A DNA stretch of 64,000 nucleotides from Mobula hypostoma (Eukaryota). Shown here in pieces: positions 36,788-48,042 of this stretch. The stretch lies in NCBI RefSeq assembly GCF_963921235.1, contig NC_086097.1, positions 11,842,001-11,906,000 of the forward strand. Direction: 5' to 3'. Each line of letters opens with the position of its first letter. Within the stretch, counting starts at the first letter, position 1. Below the pieces are notes generated by a model that was not told where the DNA came from, searched no databases, and saw nothing but the letters and a program-made list of their open reading frames with translations. The position numbers and the translations under genes were made by a program.

Positions 36788-37953
36788 CAGTGCCTTGAAA
36801 AGGTATTCAGCCCTGACCTTCTGTTCACACAAATGAGGATTACAACCAGGTATTTTCATCAATTTAACTGAGAATTTTTATTTGTGAATCACATACTCCT
36901 TTTTTCACAGTAAAGTTCAAAAACAGGGGAACATTGTAAAGCATGAGAAACTAAAAATTCAAAACCTGTATTGTCAGCAGTTCAAAAGTATTCATCCCTG
37001 CTTGCTCAGTACTTCGTTGAACCACCACTCACAGCTAATATAGCGAGTAGTCTTTTTGGATAAGCCTCTATTAGTTTTGCACAGTATGATGGAGCAGGAT
37101 TTGCCCATTCCTCCTTGCAAAATTGCTCAAGCTGTACCAGGTTAGTTGGGGAGCAGTGGTGGACAGCAATCTTGAGGTCTTGCCAGAGATGCGCAATCAG
37201 GTGAAGGTCAGGATTCTGACTGGGCCACTCAAAGACATTGCTTTTCCTCATTTGAAGCCACTCCATGGTTTTTTCTGCCAACGTGCTTTGAGTTACTTCT
37301 TCCCCAGAGGCCTTAGAGATTGTGGACCATGAACTTCATCTCCTGCAGCTCACTCAAAGTGACTGTTGGTGTCACAGTATCCTCTTTTACAAGTGCCATT
37401 CTTCTCCGGTAACTAAGTTTTGAGGGTGGCCTGACCTAAGCAGTGTTGCTGTGGTTTCATATTTTTTTCCATGTTTTCATGATGGACTCTACTGAGCTCC
37501 GAGGTATGTTCTGTGCCTTTGATATAGTCTTGTACCTTCCCCAGATTTGTGCTTCTGTATGATCATTTGCCTGACTTGTCTTCTGTCTCCATTTGGTTTG
37601 ATCCATCCTACTGTTGGACCTTACAAAGAGAGGGGGGGGTCTTTATTCTTACAAATTCATTGAGAACAGGTGATCCTCCAATTTTCTACATCAACAAATT
37701 GGGTGAGTTGTTAAGGAAGTAGTATATTGCACCTGAGGAAAATTAGCATAGTAAATACAAAAGGGATGAATACTTTTTTCAGTCCCATTTTTTAAAAAAA
37801 ATTTTAGTAAGTAGTGGACTGGTCTTGGATCTTTTCTTTTGATTTGACATTTTTTGTAGATTAGCTCAAAAACCTCCTACTTCAACATATTTCAAGATTA
37901 GAAAATGAGACGGTAGAATAATTGTGGGGGCTGAAAACTTTTTCAAGGCACTG
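36788..37953 (-). mobile_element. Tc1/mariner (IR/DR type) transposon, internally deleted
   Basis: TA|cagtgccttgaaaag ... tttttcaaggcactg|TG; inner repeats aaaagtattcatccc / gggatgaatactttt; ORF 37006-37281 EWPSQNPDL..HLWQDLK..EEW..PKRL..GGSTKY. Confidence 0.9.
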
Positions 37954-38116
37954 TGTAAGTGATCGTGTCATTCCTAAAGGACTAAAAATTTGCTAGTTTA
38001 AATAGAAAACAAGATAATAAGTTATTCAAATAAAATTGTAGCAAAGTATTAAACAATTGTAATGTGGAAACTGTGTCGAGAAATCATACAAGTCAAAAAA
38101 ACTTTTATTTTTACCT

Positions 38117-38345
38117 TTATTTAGAGATACTGCCCAGTTACAGGCCCTTCCAGCCCACTGACCCCGTTCCACCCATCTACATCCATGTGACCAACTAACC
38201 TACCGACCTGTACATCTTGAGAATGTGGGAGAAAACTGGAGCACCTGGGAGGAACTTGCAAACTCCCTACATGCAGTGGCGGGAATTGAGCCCAGATTTC
38301 TAGTGTTGTAATATTATACTAACCGCTACACTACCATGCTACACC
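38117..38345 (-). mobile_element. V-SINE
   Basis: tttatttagagatac...gtgggagaaaactggagcacctgg. Confidence 0.75.
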
Positions 38346-38670
38346 CATTTAACAATATGTTCAAGAATTTAGTGTTGTATGTGTAATGCAAGTATTAATA
38401 ATGCATCTAAAGCTACAAGAGAGATTTTAATGGTGGAAGAAAGCTCTTTAAGACTGCAGAATTGCTACACTCCATTTGTGATCCTTTGGCTCCCTACCCT
38501 CTGCAGAATATGGATGCTGTACTTGCTGAAAGTTGAACCTACAGGGGAACAAAATTGGCATGAAAATGATCTTACAATTCAATTTTCTAGATGGTCACAT
38601 ACAGTTGAATATGTACTGAACTCATATTCATCTAAAGTAATTGGCAAATAGATTTTTTTTCCCCCTACAG

Positions 38671-38676
38671 CTTCAG
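38671..38676 (+). other. Candidate 6-nt microexon (CTTCAG) or recursive splice site
   Basis: ttttttttccccctacag|CTTCAG|gtgagt in unique sequence. Confidence 0.45.
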
Positions 38677-39645
38677 GTGAGTGAATATGCAAAATGTTCC
38701 ATTTTAGCAGTCGATTGATTCTGGACACTATGTAGCTCACAGGAGTGATTCATGAGTGTCAGCCCATTATTGACAGACAGAAACTCGTGCTGCAACTCTC
38801 AAAAGGTTCCTGATGGCTAAGCTGCCATTGTGTTGGTCTTAGGAGGGTAATATTAACCACCTGCACGCACAGGTTATTTCCCCAAGAAAATTTCGGTGAA
38901 AAATGGGAGAATGTGAAGAATTTCAGTGAGCTCCAACTTCTCCCTGACTATGCAAACAGGGGTTTATATTGCCCTGAGCTCGAAGAGTTTGACATATTAA
39001 AAACATTTAAGGGGAGCAGGTTTAAAACTTCAAAAAGTTGTAAAAAAATCTTCACTCAACTTCACTCACCCCAGCACTGAATGGTTCTCACAATCTATGG
39101 ACTCACTTTCAAGGACCATACATTTCATGTTTTGGAGTTCTTACGTTTTTCTCTCATCCATCCTTTGGAGTTTTCCTTCTGTTTCGTGGATATCTGTGAA
39201 GACTAAGAATTTCAGGTAATGTACTATATACATTCTCTGATATTGAAATATTGATTATTATTATTTTGTTGTTTTCTTCTCTTTTTGTACTTGCACAGTT
39301 CGTTGTCCTTTGCACACTGCTTGTTTGACTGTCTTTGTTGTATGTGGTTGTCCATTGATTCTATTGGGCTTTATTGTACTTACAGTGAATGCCTGCAAGA
39401 TAATGAATCTCAGGGTAGATTCATACATGTTGAATGGTGACATACATGTACTTTGATAATTCCTTTACTTTGAAATTTGAAGAAAAAATCATCCGACGAT
39501 GGAAAAGACCGGGGAGTTGGGGAACAAGGACTGGGCTGGGTGATTGTAAAAGAGACGAAAGAAAACAAATGGTTTAGAGCTGACACTAAAGACGAAACCA
39601 GTGAACAGTTCAAAGAGGTCAAATATCAGCAAATCTGTTCAAGTG

Positions 39646-39649
<4 letters not shown>

Positions 39650-39690
<41 letters not shown>
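39650..39690. repeat. (TA)n(CA)n microsatellite
   Basis: direct reading. Confidence 0.95.
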
Positions 39691-39691
<1 letters not shown>

Positions 39692-40554
39692 TATAAGTTT
39701 AAATGAGTTTAGAATGCGGTCACACTGTGAGAAATGACCACAGTTGATAGGAATCGAGAGGGTTAATGTAATCATTGTATGTTTCTGACAAAACAAAGCA
39801 AAGACCCTGAAAAACAAATCAATGATATCAATGCTGTTTGCAACCAGTTTAAAGCCGTGGTAAATCACCATATGCACTCATCGATTTCTCACGGCTGTGT
39901 GCTTCCAAATAGTATTAACATGCATGCGTGTTTTCTTTTGTTGAGCTTGGAATGCCTCCCGACAGTGATTGACCCAACCTACACTTGTTGGTGGGATCAC
40001 TTACAGACAGTAAAATCTTTATGAGAATGTTTGATTGCTGCTGTTATTAAACTGACATAAATTTTATCATGTTATTTTTCCTGAATTAAAATTAAACCAT
40101 CTCCCTCCAAAGGTAATTGGCAGGTCAGCTTTTTTGAACTACACTCCTAAACTGTGGAATTGAATACCCAAAACTATAAGGGATACAGACTCAGTTGTCA
40201 ATTATAGCTGATTAGTTCTACAGGATGGCTACAGCCAGCTTATCAAATAAATATTAAAATTGACTTGGTGTTGTAGAAGATGCTTGCATTGTCTCTGAGG
40301 TGTTGTCTGAGAAGAACTGTCTTCAAAGCTCAAAGTACATTTATTCTCAAGGTAGGTATACTGTATGTCACCATATACTACCTTGAGATTCCTTTTGTTG
40401 CAGGCATTTGCAGTAAGAGAATGAAATGTGATAGAATCAATGAAAAACTCGCACAAAGTCTGACGAGCAACCAATGTGCAAAAGAAGACAAGGCGTGCAA
40501 GCAAGCAAATAAATAAATAAATAATCCTGAGAACATGAGTTGTAGTGGAAAAAG

Positions 40555-41548
40555 TTTCAAAGTTGTAAACTCAGCCAGCTACACCATGGGTATTAGCCTC
40601 TTCAGCATCGAGGAACATAGAACATAGAACAGTACAGCACAGTACAGGCCCTTCGGCCCACAATGTTGTGCCGACCCTCAAGCCCTGCCTCCCATATAAG
40701 CCCCCACCTTAAATTCCTCCATATACCTGTCTAGTAGTCTCTTAAACTTCATTAGTGTATCTGACTCCACCACTGACTCAGGCAGTGCACTCCACGCACC
40801 AAACACTCTCTGAATAAAAAACCTTCCTCTAATATCCCCCTTGAACTTCCCACCCCTTACCTTAAAGCCATGTATTGAGCAGTGGTGCTCTGGGGAAGAG
40901 ACACTGGCTATCCACTCTATCTATTCCTCTTAATATCTTGTACACCTCTATCATGTCTCCTCTCATCCTCCTTCTCTCCAGAGAGTAAAGCCCTAGCTCC
41001 CTTAATCTCTGATCATAATGCATACTCTCTAAACCAGGCAGCATCCTGGTAAATCTCCTCTGAACCCTTTCCAATGCTTCCACATCCTTCCTATAGTGAG
41101 GTGACCAGAAATGGACACAATTCTCCAAGTGTGGCCGAACCAGAGTTTTATAGAGCTGCATCATCAAAAGAGGACATCTTCAAAAGGCGCTCCCTCAAAA
41201 AGGATGGTATCCAACATGAAGGACCCCCATCACCTGACATGCTCTCTTCCCATTGCTACTATCAAGGATGAGGTACAGGAGCATGATACACACTCACCTT
41301 TTTAGGAACAGCATCTTCCTTTACCATCAGATTCCTGAATGGACAATGAACCCATGTACACTACCTCACTATTTGTTTTTTACTCTCTTTTAACATTACT
41401 TACTTAATTTAATTTTAATACTGTATATATATATATATCTTATTGCAATTTATAATTGTTTATTATGTATTGCACTGTACTGCTGCCGCAAAACAACACA
41501 TTTCATAATACGCTGTATACCAGTGATATTAAACCTGATTCTGATTAT
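40555..41548 (+). mobile_element. Rex1/Babar 3' fragment interrupted by CR1
   Basis: aactcagccagctacaccatgg..agcatcgagga resumes gaggacatcttcaaaagg..; ctgattctgat tail. Confidence 0.7.
40614..41163 (-). mobile_element. CR1 3' fragment
   Basis: ORF 40862-41167 LYKTLVRPHLE..LERRRMRGD; (aacatag)n tail. Confidence 0.9.
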
Positions 41549-41624
41549 GTCCTTGAAAGTGATTAATTGTGAGTCTTTGACACCTTACACATCGATTTTC
41601 TGGAATATATTCATGACTTTTGGT

Positions 41625-41935
41625 GTTGGCGCGTGGCCAAGTGGTTAAGGCGTTTGTCTAGTGATCTGAAGGTTGCTAGTTCAAGCCTTGGCTGAGGCAG
41701 CATGTTGTGTCCTTGAGCAAGGCACTTAACCACACATTGCTCTGCGACGACACCGGTGCCAAGCTGTATGGGTCCTAATGCCCTTCCCTTGGACAATGCG
41801 GTGGCGTGGAGAGGGAAGACTTGCAACATGGACAACTGCCAGTCTTCCATACAACCTTGTCCAAGCCTGCGCCTTGGAAACCTTCCAAGGCGCAAATCCA
41901 TGGTCTCACAAGACTAACAGATACCTATTATTATT
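41625..41935 (+). mobile_element. tRNA-head SINE with RTE-type tail
   Basis: same family as 21493 and 50412. Confidence 0.85.
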
Positions 41936-42199
41936 TTGGTGATAAGAGAGAAGTATACTCGAGGTGGAAATCAGGCATCATCAGGTGCTATGGGATCGTG
42001 TATTCTTCTCTGTGACTAAGCAAGGAGTTGATTGTCTCCAATATATTCCAAACATATTTGTCAGGAGGATGACTGTTGGAATTTGCTTTCCTCATCCTTC
42101 CTTGTGGATCACACCTTCCCAGAGGGTTGTATCTTTTCCCATCCTGGCAGGAGAATCAGCTCTTCCTCTTCTCAGAAGTGGGCCATCTTCCTGGCCTGG

Positions 42200-43445
42200 C
42201 CATAGATGCTGCATGACCTGCTGAGTTCCTCCAGCACATTGTGTGTGTTGCTTGGATTTTCAGCATCTGCAGATTTTCTCTTGTTTGTGAAGGGAATAGC
42301 CTTGTTGAGACAGAAAATATGTTGCAAAGTACTGCCTTTTTTTTTTATCCCAAACAAGATAAAATCTGCAGATGCTGGAAATCCAAGCAACACACGCAAA
42401 ATGCTGGAGAAACACAGCAGACCAGGCAACATCTATGGAAAAAAAAGTACAGTCGATGTTTTGGGCCGAGACCCTTCAGCAGGACTGGAGAAAAAAAAGA
42501 TGAGCAGTAGATTTAAAAGGTGGGAGAGGGGAGGGAAAAACTGGGAGGGGAAGGGGTGAAGTAAAGTGCTGAGAAGTTCATTGGTGAAAGAGATACAGGG
42601 CTGGAGAAGGGGGAGTTCAATTGGAGAAAACAGAAGGCCATGGAAGAAAGAGAAAGGGAGAAGCACACCAGTTGGAGGCGAAGAACAGGCAAGGAGATAA
42701 GGTGAGAGAGAGGAAAAGGGATGGGGAATGGTGAAGGAGGGGTGGGCAATTACCATTTTGTTGGACAAATGTTAGATTTTGATCCAGATTCTGAGACATG
42801 GATCATTATTTTTAACTCTTTCACATTTGAAATGGGCAGGGAGATAGAGACATCAGCTGAGAGATTAAATTTTTAAATTCTTGTTTTATTCCATATCATG
42901 CATGGGGTATATGCAGTGGGAAACACCTCTGTGGGCCAACAAGACTATGGAGGCACATTTTAGCATAGAATGTGTGAAATATATCATAGAACAGATAGAG
43001 ATCCTTCAGCTCACAATGTCTGTGATGGACAATGGTCGCCATCTTGTCTAGCCCTGTTTGCACAATAGACAAAGTTTACAGTAACTTCATACGAAATCAT
43101 CCACTGTCCTCTCCTATCAGATTTTGTCTTCTTCAGCCTTTTATCTCTTCCATCAATCACCTCCCAGTTTCTCACATCATGCCCCCTCTGCCACCCACCC
43201 CACCTCTCTCCTCATCTGGTCTCACCTGCCAACATGTACTCCTCTGCCTTCCCTCCCCCCACTTTCCCACTTTCTTACTTTGCTTCTGCCCCTTTCCATT
43301 CCGGTCCCGATGAAGGGTGTCAGTCCAAAATGTTGAAAATGTTGACTGTTTATTTCCCTCCAAAGATGTTGCCTGACTTGCTGAGTGTGAGTGTGTGTGT
43401 GTGTGTGTTGCTCAAGATTTCCAGCATCTGCAGGATCTCCTGTGT
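42200..43445. repeat. Cluster of Penelope pLTR fragments in alternating orientation
   Basis: 42200-42285 (+), 42352-42750 (-), 43105-43445 (+); hammerhead relics at 42450-42487 and ~43300-43350. Confidence 0.75.
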
Positions 43446-44297
43446 CATCCCTTAAATATACTTTTTTTTTCACATTTTCATTTTCAGTGGCTTTGGAAGT
43501 GTTACCTGTTTTTCATCCTTTATGGGGAGAGAGAGCTCACTGGTAAGAATGGGTAGATCATAATAAATTAGAAGGAATTATCTATTAGAATAAGATTGTT
43601 GCCTGCTAGTTTTGAGATTATATGTACACTGATGGAATATAGCAGAGAACTCTGCATGTTCTCATCCTGAAAATGATAACTACAGTAATTTATGCAAAGC
43701 GATGATTCTGGATATATACTTTGAAGGGCCTGCATAAATATTAGTACAGCACATATCATTTAACTTGAAATGAGAATGTGAAACTGCAGTTTATGAAATA
43801 GTAAAAATCAATTTCTTAAAATAATGCAGTTACTCACTAGAATAAACCAGTGAGAGATGGAATGTAGAAAGATATAGGATGGAAGAAACACCAGGAGCAG
43901 GATAAACAATAACCACCCACTTACATGAATCTTCATTGGGCGCCGTGGTAACGTAACGGTTAGCACATCGCATTGGAGTCTGGAGTTCATTTCCGGTGCC
44001 CTCTGTAAGGAGTTTGTACGTTCTCTCCGTGACCACATGGTGCTTCCTCCATGTGCTCCCGTTTCCTCCTACAGTCCAAAGGCATACCAGTTAATATATC
44101 AAGAATACCATATTGTTTTGATGTCATTTCCTGTACACAAGTGTAAAGGAGAATGAAATTATTGTTACTCCAGATCCAATGCGACACAAAAAAACCATAA
44201 TAGCACAATAATAACAATAAAACAATATAAATATCAATACATAAGACAGCTTGTATACATAGATTATCTTATGTACAGACACTCCTGTGCCTAGCAT

Positions 44298-45877
44298 AAA
44301 CATAGAAACATAGAAAATAGGTGCAGGAGTAGGCCATTCGGCCCTTCGAGCCTGCACCACCATTTATTATGATCATGGCTGATCATCCAACTCAGAACCC
44401 CGCCCCAGCCTTCCCTCCATACCCCCTGACCCCGTAGCCACAAGGGCCATATCTAACTCCCTCTTAAATATAGCCAATGAACTGGCCTCAACAGTTTCCT
44501 GTGGCAGAGAATTCCACAGATTCACCACTCTCTGTGTGAAGAAGTTTTTCCTAATCTCGGTCCTAAAAGGCTTCCCCTCTATCCTCAAACTGTGACCCCT
44601 CATTCTGGACTTCCCCAACCTCGGGAACAATCTTCCTGCATCTAGCCTGTCCAATCCCTTTAGGATCTTATACGTTTCAATCAGATCCTCCCTCAATCTT
44701 CTAAATTCCAACGAGTACAAGCCCAATTCATCCAGTCTTTCTTCATATGAAAGTCCTGCCATCCCAGGAATCAATCTGGTAAACCTTCTTTGTACTCCCT
44801 CTATGGCAAAGATGTCTTTCCTCAGATTAGGGGACCAAAACTGCACACAATACTCCAGGTGTGGTCTCACCAAGGCCTTGTACAACTGCAGTAGTACCTC
44901 CCTGCTCCTGTACTCGAATCCTCTCGCTATAAATGCCAGCATACCATTCGCCTTTTTCACCGCCTGCTGTACCTGCATGCCCACTTTCAATGACTGGTGT
45001 ATAATGACACCCAGGTCTCGTTGCACCTCCCCTTTTCCTAATCGGCCACCATTCAGATAATAATCTGTTTTCCTATTTTTGCCACCAAAGTGGATAACTT
45101 CACATTTATCCACATTAAATTGCATCTGCCATGAATTTGCCCACTCACCCAACCTATCCAAGTCACCCTGCATCCTCTTAGCATCCTCCTCACTGCTAAC
45201 ACTGCCACCCAGCTTCGTGTCATCCGCAAACTTGGAGATGCTGCATTTAATTCCCTCATCCAAGTCATTAATATATATTGTAAACAACTGGGGTCCCAGC
45301 ACTGAGCCTTGCGGTACCCTACTAGTCACCGCCTGCCATTCTGAAAAGGTCCCGTTTATTCCCAGTCTTTGCTTCCTGTCTGATAACCAATTCTCCACCC
45401 ACACCAATACCTTACCCCCAATACCGTGTGCTTTAAGTTTGCACACTAATCTCCTGTGTGGGACCTTGTCAAAAGCCTTTTGAAAATCCAAATATACCAC
45501 ATCCACTGGTTCTCCCCTATCCACTCTACTAGTTACATCCTCAAAAAATTCTATGAGATTCGTCAGACATGATTTTCCTTTCACAAATCCATGCTGACTT
45601 TGTCCGATCATTTCACCGCTTTCCAAATGTGCTGTTATCACATCCTTGATAACTGACTCCAGCAGTTTCCCCACCACCGACGTTAGGCTAACCGGTCTAT
45701 AATTCCCCGGTTTCTCTCTCCCTCCTTTTTTAAAAAGTGGGGTTACATTAGCCACCCTCCAATCCTCAGGAACTAGTCCAGAATCTAACGAGTTTTGAAA
45801 AATTATCACTAATGCATCCACTATTTCTTGGGCTACTTCCTTAAGCACTCTGGGATGCAGACCATCTGGCCCTGGGG
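44298..45877 (-). mobile_element. Young CR1 LINE, 5'-truncated
   Basis: RT ORF; (atagaaac)n tail; ataaa at both junctions. Confidence 0.95.
44373..45848 (-). CDS. CR1 ORF2 RT region (491 aa open; frameshift near the C-terminus)
   Basis: YLDFQKAFDKVPH, PQGSVLGP, KFADDTKL. Confidence 0.88.
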   Translation of the reverse strand: MLKEVAQEIVDALVIIFQNSLDSGLVPEDWRVANVTPLFKKGGREKPGNYRPVSLTSVVGKLLESVIKDVITAHLESGEMIGQSQHGFVKGKSCLTNLIEFFEDVTSRVDRGEPVDVVYLDFQKAFDKVPHRRLVCKLKAHGIGGKVLVWVENWLSDRKQRLGINGTFSEWQAVTSRVPQGSVLGPQLFTIYINDLDEGIKCSISKFADDTKLGGSVSSEEDAKRMQGDLDRLGEWANSWQMQFNVDKCEVIHFGGKNRKTDYYLNGGRLGKGEVQRDLGVIIHQSLKVGMQVQQAVKKANGMLAFIARGFEYRSREVLLQLYKALVRPHLEYCVQFWSPNLRKDIFAIEGVQRRFTRLIPGMAGLSYEERLDELGLYSLEFRRLREDLIETYKILKGLDRLDAGRLFPRLGKSRMRGHSLRIEGKPFRTEIRKNFFTQRVVNLWNSLPQETVEASSLAIFKRELDMALVATGSGGMEGRLGRGSELDDQP

Positions 45878-46092
45878 ATAAAGTGTCTGTACATAAGGTG
45901 ACTGACAGGTTAATTGTCCTCTGATGAGGATTGAGTTAAATAGATGGGTTGCTGGGTGGAGCAGCTCACTGGGCTGGGAGTGCTTTTCTGCGTTGTATCT
46001 CTAAATAAATAAAAGGCCAATCTAATTGAAGAATTTCATTCATTTGACTAATTGATTCACTAATTAATTTGACTTTCAGATTAATCATGGGC

Positions 46093-46492
46093 TGTAGTGT
46101 GGGGGTGTGGCTTATTTGCCAATTGAATGCCGCCTCCGCCACGTCGATAGTGATTGGTGCGTTTGAAAACTGCAGCTGCTCTTCCCATTGGTGGGCTTGT
46201 ATGCCACGGCACATAGTGTCTGGTGTCAAACAGCCTGGGTATAAAGAATAGCAATGTGGGACGTTTTCTCTTTCTAAAGCATGCTACATAGAATCTGTGG
46301 GGAGGTATGCTCCACACGTACTTTTAACTAGGTGCCTGTTTGTTGAATATTTAGTTCTGTAGTTTATGTAAAGAATTTTTTTACTGCTTGTAAATAAATG
46401 ATTAATGTGCTTATTGTGTTTTCTGTCTTATTCACTAAACTTGCGAATCTACTTCAACGTTACGTGGGCCATCTCCTCAACACCACTTTACA
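46093..46492 (+). mobile_element. Putative solo LTR
   Basis: TGTAGTG ... CACTTTACA ends; two ATTGG boxes, gtataaag, aataaa in U3-R-U5 order; no clear TSD. Confidence 0.45.
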
Positions 46493-46584
46493 CTATTCAA
46501 AGGATTCCCAAAGCAGCCAAAAAATTCCTAATGTAATATCATGCAGAGGAGATCTAACTTTGAAACTGAAACTTTTGAAAGTTG

Positions 46585-47455
46585 GGGCACCGCGGTAGCA
46601 TAGTGATTAGTGCGATGCTGTTGCAGGTTGGGGTGTCAGAGTTCAGAGATCAATCCTGGCATCCTCCGTAAGGGGTCTATATGTCTTCCCTGTGGAATGT
46701 GTGGGTTTTCTCTGTATGCTGTGGTTTCTTCCCACAGTCCAAAGATGTACCAGGTAGGTTAATTGGTCATTGCAAATCGTCCCTGGTGAGGGCCCTGGTG
46801 AGACCACACCTGGAGTACTGTGTGCAGTTTTGGTCTCCAAATTTGAGGAAGGATATTCTTGCTATTGAAGGAGTGCAGCATATGTTCAGAAGGTTAATTC
46901 CCGGGATGGCGGGACTGACATATGTCGAAAGATTGGAGCGACTGGGCTTGTATACGCTGGAATTTAGAAGGCTGAGAGGGGATCTTATTGAAACATATAA
47001 GGTTATTAAGGGATTGGACACACTGGAGGCAGGAAGCATGTTCCCGCTGATGGGTGAGTCCAGAACTAGAGGCTACAGATTAAGAATAAGGGGTAGGCCA
47101 TTTAGAACGGAGTTGAGGAAAAACTTTTTCACCCAGAGAATGGTGGATGTATGGAATGCTCTGCCCCAGAAGGCTGTGGAGGCCAAGTCTCTGGATGCTT
47201 TCAAGAAAGAGATGGATAGAGCTCTTAAAGATAGTGGAATCAAAGGTTATGGGGATAAAGCAGGAACTGGATACTGATCGTGGATGATCAGCCATGATCA
47301 CAGTGAATGGTGGTGCTGGCTCGAAGGGCCGAATGGCCTACTCCTGTGCCTATTGCCTATTGTTCTGTGATTAGGCTAGGGTTAAATAGATGGGTTGCTA
47401 GGCAGCATGGCTCAGTGGGTTGGTAGGGCCTGTTCTGCGCTGTATCTCTCAATAA
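46585..47455 (+). mobile_element. V-SINE with inserted CR1 3' fragment (~46781-47363)
   Basis: SINE head and V-domain, then RALVRPHLEYC..GIKGYGDKAGTGY, then SINE tail. Confidence 0.85.
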
Positions 47456-47499
47456 GTATGTTAATCAATCCCATTTTCTATTCCCTCTATATTGTCATC

Positions 47500-48030
47500 C
47501 GCACCCCTCAGATTTAACCACATACCTACACACTAGGGGATGTTGAGGCCAATGACCTACTATCCTTTGTTTCTCAGGAATGTGGGAGGAAACCAGAACA
47601 TCTGAAGGAAACCCATGTGGAGAGCATGCAAACTCCACACAGACAGCATTGAACCTGTGTCACTGGCATTATAACATCCGTTAGCTATGCCACTGTAACA
47701 CCTATTCATGCTTGATCTTTAGTCTGCAATGTGGGAGCATAGTGGTTACCATGACACTATTATAGCTCAGGGTGTTTCAGAGTTCAGAGTTCAATTCCAG
47801 TGCTGTTCTGTAAAGAGTCACTCTATGTCCTTCCCATTGAATGTGTGGATTTTCTAAGGGTCTTCTGGTTTCCTCCCACAATCCAAAGATGTACTGGGTA
47901 GGTTAATTGGTCATTGTAAATTGTCCTGTGGTTAGATTAGGGTTAATCAGATTTGTCGCGGGTTGCTCAGGTGGCATTGCCCAAAGGGCCAAAAGGGCCT
48001 ACTCTACATTCCATCACAAAATAAAATAAA
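47500..48030. mobile_element. Two head-to-head V-SINEs (47500-47697 minus; 47732-48030 plus)
   Basis: gtgggaggaaaccagaaca and ggtttcctcccacaatccaaagatg. Confidence 0.7.
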
Positions 48031-48042
48031 TATCATGTCTAT

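Larger units (their letters stand above)
43937..46014 (+). mobile_element. V-SINE hosting a nested Rex tail and young CR1
   Basis: head and V-domain 43937-44093; tail resumes ~45907 to ctctaaataaataaaa. Confidence 0.7.

Noticed and set aside
41628..41700. tRNA genes (also ~21725-21797 and ~50416-50490)
   Set aside because: These are SINE heads fused to body and tail, two with clear TSDs; no complete cloverleaf or terminator.
46681..47277. 198-aa SINE-CR1 fusion ORF as a new gene
   Set aside because: Chance in-frame junction; no promoter or selection evidence.
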